Virus record (IMG/VR): IMGVR_UViG_3300024999_000115
Coordinates: 1-59,735 of that record
DNA from: a virus
Lineage: Duplodnaviria > Caudoviricetes
DNA: 59,735 bases
Direction: 5' to 3' (one strand)
The notes below the pieces were generated by a model, which was not told the DNA's origin, did not search any database, and worked only from the letters and a program-made list of their open reading frames with translations. The translations under genes and the position numbers were made by a program. Shown here piece by piece: positions 10,095 to 21,600 of this stretch. Every line of letters starts with the position of its first letter. Positions within the stretch are counted from its first letter, which is position 1.

Positions 10095-10886
10095 TTATTC
10101 GTTCAATTTTCCTTTTATCCAGGCAACATCGTTCTTTTTCATTACAGGAACGTTTTTGCCGAATTTTTTAAAGTACAGTTCGTGAATGCTTTCAGGTTTT
10201 CCTTCTGGTACTTCCTGTGCTTTCGGTGCTTCAGTCGCTTCAACTTTTGCAGGTTCAGCGAGTTTGCTCTGAATGTACTTTTCAGCATCAAATTCAGGAT
10301 TGCTCATGCCATCGAGAAAAGCTAAATCGTCATAAACAACTTCAGGAACTTTTTCGCCGTAATCTTCTTCGTATTTCTGCCTTGCGGCTTGTTTCAGTTC
10401 AGCAATCGATTGTCCTACATTTACAATCTGGTGAGGAATCGGGGCCGGTGGCGAGATTTGAGTTTTCGCACCCGATAATGCCTGAATATGCAAAGCGTAT
10501 TCCATTTCAAGCGTTTCAATCGGTTTGCTCACATCGAATTTTAAGCCTGATGCACCGAACAGATTTGCCAACGTAGCCTTTTTAATATCATCCGGGCTGA
10601 GTTTCAGCGATGCTTCTTTCAGTTTTCCTTCCGGGTCACCCTGTAACGTAAAATCTTTTCCGTAGGCACTGTCGGCCAGCAAAGCATGATACAACACCTC
10701 GTCTTTTGTCGTGAATTGCGCGGCAACAGTACGGGCGTTTGTGTTTCTTTCCATTTCGTTTACAAGATGTTCGGTAGTAAACTGACACAACCGGTCGGTT
10801 ACTTTTCCGTTTTGTCCTTTTACGAACACCCTGACACCTCTGCGGTAAGTACGTTTGTTTGTTAAGACGAATACTTTTAGTTCCAT
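10095..10886 (-). CDS. Hypothetical protein downstream of the capsid gene
   Basis: 263 aa ORF; C-terminal YFKKFGKNVP..KKNDVAWIK motif. Confidence 0.6.
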   Translation of the reverse strand: MELKVFVLTNKRTYRRGVRVFVKGQNGKVTDRLCQFTTEHLVNEMERNTNARTVAAQFTTKDEVLYHALLADSAYGKDFTLQGDPEGKLKEASLKLSPDDIKKATLANLFGASGLKFDVSKPIETLEMEYALHIQALSGAKTQISPPAPIPHQIVNVGQSIAELKQAARQKYEEDYGEKVPEVVYDDLAFLDGMSNPEFDAEKYIQSKLAEPAKVEATEAPKAQEVPEGKPESIHELYFKKFGKNVPVMKKNDVAWIKGKLNE

Positions 10887-10927
10887 TTTGATAATTTATT
10901 AATTAATACTCAAGAGAATTTTTTAAA

Positions 10928-10959
10928 GAAAAAGGGCAGACAGAAGCCCGTCTGCCCTT
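10928..10959 (-). terminator. Intrinsic terminator after the major capsid gene
   Basis: AAGGGCAGAC-n8-GTCTGCCCTT perfect stem plus a U tract on the minus strand. Confidence 0.75.
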
Positions 10960-10981
10960 AACCTACCTACTTCGTATTCAT

Positions 10982-12484
10982 CTACGATTTAACAACAAAC
11001 ACGAAATGGGTATCATTATTTCGGCAAACCAAACCGCAGGTTTCCATCATATCAATGGATTGTGCATCTGATTCACGAAGTTTCAAAAGGTCGGTAGTAG
11101 TTTCTTTGAAGGGCTGGAATACGAATTTGTCAATAAACTGCATATCCAGTAAGAAGCCACGGTCAATGTATTCTGTCTGATCCATAAGCGGAGCATACAT
11201 CACGTTAATAGTTCCAAAGAAGCTGTAAAGAACGGTAAATGACAGACCGTAAACAGTGTCATAATCTTTCTGTACAAACCTTGTGGCATCATTCATAACA
11301 CCTTTATTCAGCGAACTGATAAGGTTTGAACCTGCAAACAAGTATCTGGTATCACTTCCGTTATTACCTACCCTCATTTGTCTGGTAAAGTCAACAATAT
11401 TGGTTTCAGTGATAGTTGTGTCGCCTCCACCTGTGCCGTACTCAATGTTCTGGTCTAAGTAGTAGGTTAAACCACCAGTAGTCATTACTGTTTCTGTTCC
11501 ACCGCCGATAACGTTGGCTGTAAATTTCGAGCGATTACCAAACATAAAAGCAAATTCCTGTCCGTAACGGAAATCCTGTAAGGCAAGATTTGTTACCATC
11601 GAGAAGCTGTAGTTTGTAAACAGGTTGGTAAGCATCAGCCAGTTTGAGTAAACTACTGAAGTGATAAACTTCTGAGCGTAATTATAATCACTGGTGGGAC
11701 TTTGCATAACGGCAGTGTTCTTCACACCTAATTCCGGGAAAGCTGGCCCCATCCTTGTAATTCTGGTTTGGTCTGCAATAGCGGGGATATTTTCACCACC
11801 AGTTGCACCGCCGGTTGAACGTACTGTTAATGTGCTTGTGGCTACTGTTACTTCCTCAACGAACAATACTAAATCGTCACCATTTCCGTATGATGCACCC
11901 TGAACTTTCAATAAGCTGTGATGTGTCCACATTGCGATATTGGCAACAACCAATGAACCGCGAACAGCAACAGGAGCAACAAAATTTGCATTTACTTTAT
12001 CCTGGAAAGGAATTACAGCGATTTCGCCCCAATTCAGTTTGTAGTTTTTAATTTCGGCATCCCCAAACTGTTTGTAATTCTTCATGTTATCCTGATTTAC
12101 AGCGTATTTGGTGTTAAACCGTGATTCGCCTTTATCAGTTTTAATGAGAATATCGTCACCTGAACCGTTTGCCATCTGTGCCTTTGCTAATCCGCGTACA
12201 CCGTCCAATACTTTTTGTGTTAAGAATGTACTAATCGGGAAATTCGCCGGACTAACTAAAACGAGTATTTCCAGCCAAGCAGGGGCAACCATTTCAGAAG
12301 CGTTTGCTTCCATTGTTCCGAGTGTGCTTATGTCCTGAAAAATATCAGCAGCAGCAGCAGTACCCTGAGCAGGGTCAAGAGGGGCATTTACGCCAAAAGG
12401 AGATAAGCTGTTAGATACAGCTTGCGGAGTTGTGGCAAGTATTGAGAATACTACCATCAATAAAAGTCGAACAAGTGTTTTCAT
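10982..12484 (-). CDS. Major capsid protein (HK97 fold, SU10/DUF5309-like)
   Basis: 500 aa; YNYAQKF, QEFAFMFG, TTGGL, YGLSFT..SFFGTINVMYAPL motifs; follows the scaffold-like gene and ends at a strong terminator. Confidence 0.8.
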   Translation of the reverse strand: MKTLVRLLLMVVFSILATTPQAVSNSLSPFGVNAPLDPAQGTAAAADIFQDISTLGTMEANASEMVAPAWLEILVLVSPANFPISTFLTQKVLDGVRGLAKAQMANGSGDDILIKTDKGESRFNTKYAVNQDNMKNYKQFGDAEIKNYKLNWGEIAVIPFQDKVNANFVAPVAVRGSLVVANIAMWTHHSLLKVQGASYGNGDDLVLFVEEVTVATSTLTVRSTGGATGGENIPAIADQTRITRMGPAFPELGVKNTAVMQSPTSDYNYAQKFITSVVYSNWLMLTNLFTNYSFSMVTNLALQDFRYGQEFAFMFGNRSKFTANVIGGGTETVMTTGGLTYYLDQNIEYGTGGGDTTITETNIVDFTRQMRVGNNGSDTRYLFAGSNLISSLNKGVMNDATRFVQKDYDTVYGLSFTVLYSFFGTINVMYAPLMDQTEYIDRGFLLDMQFIDKFVFQPFKETTTDLLKLRESDAQSIDMMETCGLVCRNNDTHFVFVVKS

Positions 12485-12521
12485 AATTATTAATTTGTGT
12501 TTTTAATTTTTACTTTTTTTT

Positions 12522-13397
12522 TTACATCCCTGGTCTGCGTTTGCGTTTGCCGATTTCTGTAACATCGACACCGCCTTGCATCGCGGCCATGTTTTCCATC
12601 ATATTACGTGGTTGTGATTTTTGAACGGGAGCCGGGTTCATAGCTGCATCAATAGAGGCTTTGTCGGGCAACACTTCCTTTTTCGGGTTTTCAGGCAATT
12701 GTTTTTTCAAACCTGCAATGTCGTTGTCGTAATTGTTCATTTTGTCAACTTCTGCAAATTCTTTTTCGCTGATAAACCCGTCACCGAAGATTTTCATAAG
12801 CATCACTGTTTTCCCCCAAAGTGCCGATTTTGCTTCATCCGTCAGGCTGTTTTTCTGACAGTATGATTCAAATTCTGCTTTGGTTTTGTCGAATTTTGCG
12901 AACAATTCTTCTTCGGCCATTCCGTCCTCTTTTTCTTTGTCGAGTTTGCCTTTAACTGAATTTTGCACATCGGAGTAATTTTCATTATCTGCCAGTGCTT
13001 CAAGTTCATCCATAGGGACGTTCCGGGCAACTGCAACAAGGAATGAAGGTGTTTGTCCTTCTTCGCTCTGAAATACCATATCATCAAGAACCGATTTGAA
13101 TAGCGGATCTTCGAAATGGTTTTTAAGCGTAGCCATTTTCTCAATAAGGAACCGAACGATACCCAATAATTCGGGAGGAATGCTCTTAATTTCTCCACTG
13201 CCGCCTGTAACGGATTGAATTTCCTGCAAAATTTCAATAACATCCGAAATGTCATTTTCATCCACTGGTTCCGGTTGTTCTACTGATTCAGGCTTATCTG
13301 TTTCTGGTGCTGTTTCAGCAGGTTCAACCGGGGCGGTCTTACCTGATTCGGGTTTTTTAACTTGCTCCTGTGCTGTTTTATCCTTCTTGTCAACCAT
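12522..13397 (-). CDS. Putative capsid scaffolding protein
   Basis: Acidic, P/E-rich N-terminus, helical, directly upstream of the capsid gene. Confidence 0.6.
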   Translation of the reverse strand: MVDKKDKTAQEQVKKPESGKTAPVEPAETAPETDKPESVEQPEPVDENDISDVIEILQEIQSVTGGSGEIKSIPPELLGIVRFLIEKMATLKNHFEDPLFKSVLDDMVFQSEEGQTPSFLVAVARNVPMDELEALADNENYSDVQNSVKGKLDKEKEDGMAEEELFAKFDKTKAEFESYCQKNSLTDEAKSALWGKTVMLMKIFGDGFISEKEFAEVDKMNNYDNDIAGLKKQLPENPKKEVLPDKASIDAAMNPAPVQKSQPRNMMENMAAMQGGVDVTEIGKRKRRPGM

Positions 13398-13542
13398 GAT
13401 AATACGTTTTTGAGTTTTTTTTTAAACGTCAGGAAGCAAAGTAATAATACAATTTATTTACCGAGTACATATTTATTCAAGTAGATGTCCCTAATAGGGA
13501 TTCCTATTTGCTATTTCTATATGCTGATTTATCGGGTGATTT

Positions 13543-13550
13543 TACATTTG
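13543..13550 (+). promoter_or_regulatory. Bacteroidota -7 promoter element (TAnnTTTG) for the rightward ejection-protein/terL operon
   Basis: TACATTTG 16 nt upstream of ATG 13567 in a divergent intergenic region; palindrome TCCCTAATAGGGA nearby. Confidence 0.45.
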
Positions 13551-13566
13551 TACAAAAAGTCATACA

Positions 13567-14322
13567 ATGAAAATACTTAGAATCTTAGTTTCGGCTTTCA
13601 TTAATGCTTACAAGCCAAGCGCAGACCCCAACTTATTTGGTTCAAAAAAATTGGATAAAGTTGCAGGATTAGCCAGAGCCAGAGCCAACGAAACACAGGC
13701 TGACATTGATAAACTTGAATCGGAAAATCCTTTTGAGAGCGCAGGAGCAAAGGCAGCAATGGCAAAAGCAAGCCAGACTGCAAAACAAATGGAAGCCCGA
13801 TTACTCAATACAATGGGAGGAAACGCAAGCCCAGAGGCATTAATAGCAGCACAGGGAAACCTTAATCAAAGCATTGGTGGTGCAGCCGGAGAAATTGCAG
13901 CCGGAGCAGAACAGAACAAAACCAGAGAAACCATGATGCTTCGCGGTCTGAAAGAACAGCAAATGGGAGAGTACGGACAGCAGAAAAACGCTGCTAATAA
14001 TGCAAAAATGCAGGGTTGGCAAACGGTTTTTCAGGGTATTGATTCTTTGGGTAAAATAGTAAAAGGAGGCGGCGAGGCAGCAGGCGAATTAACAAAAGCG
14101 GTGGCAGCAGGCGGCAGCGACAGGCGCATTAAGGAAAACATCAAATTTATTGGTGAATTACAAGGACAGAGAATCTATAAATTCAATTTCATAGGCGACC
14201 CGGTAGTTTACCTCGGAGTTATCGCCCAGGAAGTAGAAGTCAACAATCCAGAAATGGTAATTGAAGATAACGGAATCAAAAAAGTACACTACGATTTATT
14301 GTTTTCGGAAATTAACGAGTAA
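13567..14322 (+). CDS. Internal virion (ejection/pilot-like) protein with C-terminal peptidase S74-like chaperone domain
   Basis: A/G/Q-rich helical body, then SDRRIKENIK...IYKFNF...GVIAQEVE...VHYDLL. Confidence 0.7.
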   Translation: MKILRILVSAFINAYKPSADPNLFGSKKLDKVAGLARARANETQADIDKLESENPFESAGAKAAMAKASQTAKQMEARLLNTMGGNASPEALIAAQGNLNQSIGGAAGEIAAGAEQNKTRETMMLRGLKEQQMGEYGQQKNAANNAKMQGWQTVFQGIDSLGKIVKGGGEAAGELTKAVAAGGSDRRIKENIKFIGELQGQRIYKFNFIGDPVVYLGVIAQEVEVNNPEMVIEDNGIKKVHYDLLFSEINE

Positions 14323-14327
14323 CGATT

Positions 14328-15587
14328 ATGGTTAAGAAAGACAATAAAGATTTAGAACTGGAGGAAGTTTTATCCAGAGGTAAAAATCAAAAGAAAACAG
14401 TCAAGCCGTCACTTTCTGCCTACAAAGAACCGGAGTTAATGCCTGTGCGCGAAAAAGAAGTGCTTTCACGTAAAGAACAAAAGGCAAAAGAATTACTCAA
14501 AAACGATGCAAAAAGACACGGAGTAAAACTTGATATTGGCGACAATCCAACATACAACTACGGAAAAACAATAAATCCGGCAACACCAAAAGAAAAACAG
14601 CCAGATAATATTGCACAATCAGCAAGAAACCTGCAATCTGACGACCCGGCGATTGCCGCCAAAGGATTTGTTGATTTAAAAGGAAAAGCCCCGCAACAGG
14701 AAGTCCCTAAACTGGATTCAGCGCAGTTAATGAAGGATGCAAAATTGCAACGTAAATTACGATGGTCAGATGCGCTTGTAGCATTTGGAACAGGATTGCA
14801 GGGGGGTACTTATGACCATCAAAATTCACGTTCAGCACAAATCCAGCGCAAACGCGACGAACAATTTCAGGAGTACAAAAATATTGCCGATAACAACAAA
14901 AAGGTAAAAGAGGTTTGGGATGCTAAAAACAGGGATGAATTGATTAATTTTCTTGAGACACAGAAAAAGAATCGGGAACTTACTGAAAGAGAAGAAACAA
15001 AACTTGCAGAAGCACGATTTTACAAAGAGCGTGATTTTGCATTAAAAGCAGCAACCGAGGCCGAAAAGATTAAAAGTGGCTATTACAATAAACGTACATC
15101 GGCCCAAAAAGCAAACCCGAAAGCAAATCTGCCATTTGAGAGCGAAGCCATTATTAACGAAATGAACGAGATTAGCGGAGGAGGAGCCGGTGTGCCATCA
15201 CGAAATCAGAAAAGATTGGAAGAATTAATCGCCAGGAATCCTGACGGATATAAAACTATGCTTGAGGTGGCCGGAAATTCTTCAAAACTCCGTAAACAGT
15301 TAACTGAAAAGAAAAAACTGTACAACGATGCAATCAAAGAAGGTAATTCAGTAACCGCACCGCAGTTACAAGCCGATATTGATGAACTTACTGCGCAGCT
15401 TGAAGAATACCAAAACAACATCAAATCAATTCTCAACGGGAAAGCCCCGGCAGCAAAACAGGACGCAAAACCACAAGCCGGAGATAAATATCCAGGTGCG
15501 CCATTAAAATTAGGCGAAAAACTACCTGAACAATCCAAAACACAGGCCCCTGAAACACAAAAGAAGTTAGACGATTTTTTTAATTAA
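14328..15587 (+). CDS. Putative internal virion (ejection) protein
   Basis: 419 aa, K/E/Q-rich coiled coil, between the pilot-like gene and the giant gene. Confidence 0.55.
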   Translation: MVKKDNKDLELEEVLSRGKNQKKTVKPSLSAYKEPELMPVREKEVLSRKEQKAKELLKNDAKRHGVKLDIGDNPTYNYGKTINPATPKEKQPDNIAQSARNLQSDDPAIAAKGFVDLKGKAPQQEVPKLDSAQLMKDAKLQRKLRWSDALVAFGTGLQGGTYDHQNSRSAQIQRKRDEQFQEYKNIADNNKKVKEVWDAKNRDELINFLETQKKNRELTEREETKLAEARFYKERDFALKAATEAEKIKSGYYNKRTSAQKANPKANLPFESEAIINEMNEISGGGAGVPSRNQKRLEELIARNPDGYKTMLEVAGNSSKLRKQLTEKKKLYNDAIKEGNSVTAPQLQADIDELTAQLEEYQNNIKSILNGKAPAAKQDAKPQAGDKYPGAPLKLGEKLPEQSKTQAPETQKKLDDFFN

Positions 15588-15629
15588 TACGTTCACAAGT
15601 CCTTATTAAAAGGCATAACACATATTCTA

Positions 15630-18600
15630 ATGGAAGAATTAACCGGAATAAAAGGCTTTCTTCAGAAAGCAGTCGAAAAAGAAGGTAAGACTTATGACGA
15701 CAACAAGGCAAATGAGTTATTAAAAGCGTACAATAACGATTACGACAAGTTAATTAGTGATATTGCTGTAAGGTCTGGATTTACCCCGGAAGAAGTCGAA
15801 CCATTCAAAAAACGCGCTTACGAAACGTTTAATATACAGCCCTATCAACCGGACACACCTGAACAAGCAGTCGATTACGGCCCGTTTGATAAAGCTACGG
15901 TTGAAAAATACCCACAAGCAAAACAAAACTTCGAGCGCTGGCAGAAAGAGAATACCCCGCCGAAAGCGTTAGTCTCAACCCCGGAACAGGAGTTTTTAGC
16001 CCCTGAAGCCAAAAAACCGGTTGAACAAACTTTCACTCAACCATATCTCAGTTTTGAGAAAGACAAACACCCATACGATTTACCAACAAAATCACTTCCC
16101 AAAAGTCAATTTGATGTTGACTACATGAATAGTCGGGATGATATTCAAAAAGGACTGACAAAAGAACAGCAAGCCAAAGTAATTTCAGAAAACATACCTA
16201 CTCAAACAAGAGTAGAGGAACCGGAAGATGTTGATTTTGCAAAATCAATGCTTACACAGATTGATGATTTAATCAAAGCTGTGAAAATACCAGAATCTTC
16301 ACCTCTCGATGTTTACGAAAAGAATTATGGTGTTTATGCCGGAGGTGTTGACTTAGGCGATAACCAAAGAAATATTGCATCAACAACAAAAGCAACCTTA
16401 GAAAAGGCAAAAGACTATTATGAAGCAGTAGCTAACGGTGATGCAAATGCAGCAAGCAAGTTTTGGGGCGGTTTAAAAACTATTGACCTTGAAAATACCT
16501 TAACATTAGGCATTAAGGGAATGGCCAATAATGTCGATATTTATCAGGCAGCAAAGAACTATACAGCAGGTAAAGCAACGCCAGAAGAAGAAAATTTGCT
16601 TATTGCAAAATCAATGCTTGATGAAATTCAAAGCATTGCACAAAAAGACCGCGCAATTTCAGTCGGAACAGGATTAGGAGAAATGGCTCCCTGGTTGGCT
16701 CAGTTTGCTGTTACAGGTGGATTAGGCACAGGAGTAGCAAAAGCAACAACAAGCGTTCTCGGTAAATCACTTGCATCAAAGGTAGCAGGTAGGTTGGTTG
16801 GTTCAGCAGCACAAACAGCCGCACAAGTTCCGATGATGGTTCAGGGAACAGCAGAAAGAATGACGGACAGATATGTAGTAGGAGAAGATGGTCAACTGGT
16901 TCAGGCATCCGAAGGTGAAGGATTCGGAGAAGCATTGTTGCGTACTTATGCAAATAACTACCTTGAAAACGTATCTGAAAGGTTAGTCGGGGATGCAGCA
17001 GACAAACTTGCACGAAAAGGGGTTGGATTATTCCTGAAATCAAAAACATTCGGGAAAACACCAGTTGCAGACCTTGTAAACTGGACACGGAAAAACCCGT
17101 ATATGAAACTCACAAACCGGACTTTGGGATTAAATACACCACTTTCTGAAAATATTGAGGAAGCATTTACCGGATTAACACAGCCATTTGTTACAGAAGA
17201 TAACTGGAAAGGCGTTAAGGAAGGAGTGGGCGAATATTTCACCGGAGAGAACCTTTACCGTACATTCCTCACTACCGCAGCAATGGGCGCAACAATGGGA
17301 GGCGCACAATTCCCGTTTCAGGTTTATAATGTTTCTCAGAGCGAACAGGGCCGGAAACTTGTTGAGGAAGGATTTGACGAAAAGGCACACGGATTGTTTT
17401 ACGGTGCGGCCACAGCCGAAACAGTTGAGGAACGTGAAAAATACTTTACTGATTTAGTAAAACTGACAGGATTGAATAAAAAAGAAATGAATCCTGTTAT
17501 GCACTACTATCAAACTGTACTTTCACAGATTGAAAACGGTATCGACCCGCGCAGACAACCGGAGATAATTCAGCCGGAAGTTTCACCGGAAACAGTTGTT
17601 GACCCTAAAATACGGGAAGAAAACAAGGTAAAGACTGAACGCCAGATACAAATTGACCAGAAAATAAAAGAAGTTCAGGACGATGAAGGAAATGTAACCA
17701 CAGTCGAAGTTGACGGCCAAAAATGGTACGTTAAGAACTCGCAGGACTTAGGTAAACCGGGATGGGTAATATTCATTAAAAACGGAACTGAAACCAAAGC
17801 TGTAAAAGCGGACAAACTCACTAACTGGACCAAACAAACCCCGGAAGAAGTAAAAACCGATATTGCAAATGAAGATGCTTTCCTTGAAGCCGAAAAACAA
17901 CGACATGAAGCCGAAATAGCAAAAGCAGCAAATAAAGGCATAGTTGTAGGCGCAGAGGTTGAAAACGAATTTGGAACCGGAGTAGTAACCGATATAAGTA
18001 AAGAGGGTGTAATTACAGCACAGGATGAAGAAGGTAAAATTTCCACATCTACCCTCGATGAAACCGCACCTGTAATTGAAAAACCCGAAACCGAACCCGG
18101 AGCAGTAAACATTGACGAACTTTCATCAGAAGATGCTTTCCTCGAATTAAGCAAAACCGACCCAAAAAAGGCTGAACTTGTACTTCGTGACGACATTGAT
18201 GAAGCAAAAGCCACAATTGCTGAACTCAATAAATCCAAAAAAGGAAAAGGCAGGGAAGAAAGAGCAACTATCCTTGAATCCATCTCTAAAATTCAAACCG
18301 AAATTGACTATCTGGAAAACAAATACTTTAACAATGAAAAATCAACTACGACAACTGGAAAGACTAAACAGGCAGGAGGAAGTACAACCTCACAGGGAGA
18401 AAATCAAGCACAAACCAAAACAGAAGTTGCAAAAGAACAGGTTTTAACGCCGGAAGTTCCCGAAATTGTAAACAATTATAAAAATAATCCTGAAAAGTTA
18501 ACCGAAAATTTAGGAGCGCCGTCTGTAAATCAACAGATTATAAATTCAGAAAATGACGAAAGTTTACAAAAATTGTCAACTTCTGTAAACGAAAACGAAA

Positions 18601-21600
18601 AAAGTTTACCAAAACTCAGTGAACAATCAGCCGAAAAAATATTCGACAGATTATTAAAAGACGAAGCCGGAACAGACGATTACGGCATTCATGGGTTAAT
18701 ATTTGATTGGAACGGTTCAAGATATGACGAAGAAAATGACGAAATAGTTTTTGATGAAACAAGGTCTGGAACCGGAACAGAAACATCGAGCAAAAAAGAG
18801 TTTATTGATTACATCATAAGCGGACAGGCTGAAAAAGAAATACCGTCAGCAAAAGATTACATCAAACAGCTTAAAGCAATTATTACCGAAGATACTCCGG
18901 CCCCTGTTACCACTCCTGAACTAACAGAGGAACAGAAACCAGAAGTCGCAAAATCAATAAACCCCAATCAACCCGCCATAGACAAACTGAAAGCCGAAAT
19001 TACCGGATTACAGGGCGACATTAAGCGAAAAGAAAAAGAAATCAACGACAGAAACGGATTATTTGGTGATGTGGCCAGTACCCCAACTGATTTATTCGGA
19101 CAGCAAGGGTTTGATACAGCCAACGCCAAAAAAGTTATCGAAGGTTACAAAGCCGAAATTTCACGTAAACAGTCAGAGATTGACAAGTTAACTGCCGCAG
19201 GAGAAACAGCAGCGAAAGAAGTTCAGGGACAAAAAGAATTGGTGATACCGGAAACGCCCGACCAACTTCCTGACACCGGGGAAAAGGTAGAACCAGAATT
19301 GTATTCCATAAAACTTATGAGCAAAAACAATAAGCAAACTGGAATCTATCTGTATTCAACAATCATTAAAATTGGAGATAAATATCATTTTGGAGAATCG
19401 GTAAAAACAAGTAATCCAATAACAAAATCAGACGTAAACGTAAATGATTTAAAAATAGGCAGAGAAATTTCAGAGGAATTTTACGAAGCCAATGGAATAA
19501 AAAAAGTTGAAAAACCTGTTAGTGAAGATAAGAAAGAGGAAACACCGGGCGAAGTTCAATCACCAGAGAAAGTAGAGGAACAGCAGATTGAAAACCCCGT
19601 TGAAGAAATAACCACAGAAAATGAACTTGAAGTTATTGATAAAATCGAATCAGAACAAACAGTCGAAACCGAACAGGAAGAAGATGTTTTGGATGATAAC
19701 GAAAGTGGTGAAACACTTGAAAAACTACAAGACTTCGGTGAAAAGATAGGTGCAGCAAGGAAAGACTTAGCCCAACGCGGTTACAAAATGACACCAAACA
19801 GCATTCCGGGATGGGCCAGAAAATTCAATATCGGTCAGTTTCACGGTGAAAATACGTGGACTATTACCGTACCACAAGGAACGTATTTTAAAACATTAGG
19901 AAAAGGATTTAAAACCAAAGAAGAAGCCCATGAAGCACTTCCGTTGATTGCAGTTTCGTTGAATCACCGTGTTTACATGAACAAAGACGGGAAATGGTCA
20001 ATTTTCAGGAAATGGAGCAGCGGTAAACAATGGGAAATCAAAGGCGGTTTTGAAACAAGGGATGATGCAATGAAGTACATGGCTGAAAATGCCGTTGATA
20101 TTATCACTAAGCGTTCACCGGTAATTGAAAGACCTCACCTTGACAGAATCAAAAGGAACAGGAAAGATTGGAGAGGTGGTAAAAACGTAACACCGGAACA
20201 ATTCCTTGAAAAATTCGGTTTCCGTGGTGGAGAATTTGGAAACTGGCTTGCTTCAGACGAAAGACAATCGGTTTTAAATATGGCTTATGATGCTTTTATG
20301 GATATGTCTGAAATATTAGGCATTTCGCCAAGAGCATTAAGTATGAAAGGAGAGTTATCAATCGGTTTTGGTAGCCGTGGACACGGATTACAAGGAGCAG
20401 CAGCACACTACGAAAAGGAAAGAGCAGTAATTAACCTTACCAGAATAAACGGGGCCGGAAGTTTGGCGCACGAATGGTTTCACGCGCTTGATAATTATTT
20501 GGCAAAACTTGATGGTAAATCTTCATCGACACGACAAGAAGATGGTACGTTCAAGCAAGAGGAAAGGAAATTTGCTTATTTCAGTCACGGAGAAAGCACG
20601 TACCCGAAAACTAAAGTGAGAAATGAATTGCTTGCAGTGTTCAAAGAAATAATGAACGAAATCAATACAAGGGAAGTCGTGAAGGATTATGACATTCCGA
20701 GAATTGAAAAGCAAATTCAGTCTGCAAAAGAAGATTTTGATGGAAGAATTGCAGAAATCAGGGATAAAGGTTACAGGGCAATAACCAGAACAAGAGATTA
20801 CGGACAAAAGAAAAAACCTGCAACACCTGAACAATTAAAGAAATTCGACGAATTAGTTGAAAAAATCAGGAACGGAGAAATCGGTGAGGATAAATGGCAT
20901 CCATCGGCAAAATCGAGAATGAAAGGCAAATGGATGTACGATACCGAAAAAGAAATATCAGACCTTGTTACTCAAATTACAGGAGCAGCACCAAATTTAG
21001 GATATGGAGGAAATGACAATACCGGATTCCTTTATAGCGCAATCAACCGGATTAAGCGTTCTGAACTTGAATTAAGCAAAGCCAAAGCCGAAGGACAGTA
21101 TCAGACAAGGATAAAATCATTATTCAAGTCAGAATCGGAATCAATTGATGTATCGAGGTCTGGTTCATATTGGGCCAGCCCTCACGAAATGGCAGCGAGA
21201 GCATTTGAAGCATTTTTGGAAGATGAAACACTCAGGACAGGAGAAAGCCAATATCTTGTTTACGGGGCCAGAAACATTTTCTATGCTATGATGGGAGTTA
21301 AGCCATATCCAGAAGGACAGGAAAGAGTAAATATCGACAATGCTTTCAGAAAATTGTTTGACACCATTCAGGAAAAAGAAGAAGATGGAAAGGCTGTTTT
21401 GTTCAGATTGGCCGAAGAAGAAAAAGACAATTCTGAAACAAAATCACAAAACATTCGTTTAAGCGAGTATGAAAAATATGAAAATAACATATCCGAAGCA
21501 TCTGAAACCAAACCATACAACAATAGACTTAACAGAAGAAGTGCAGTACAACAAGAAGTTGGCAATTGGGACGAAACAAGACGAAAAGAGTTCCCAAGAT

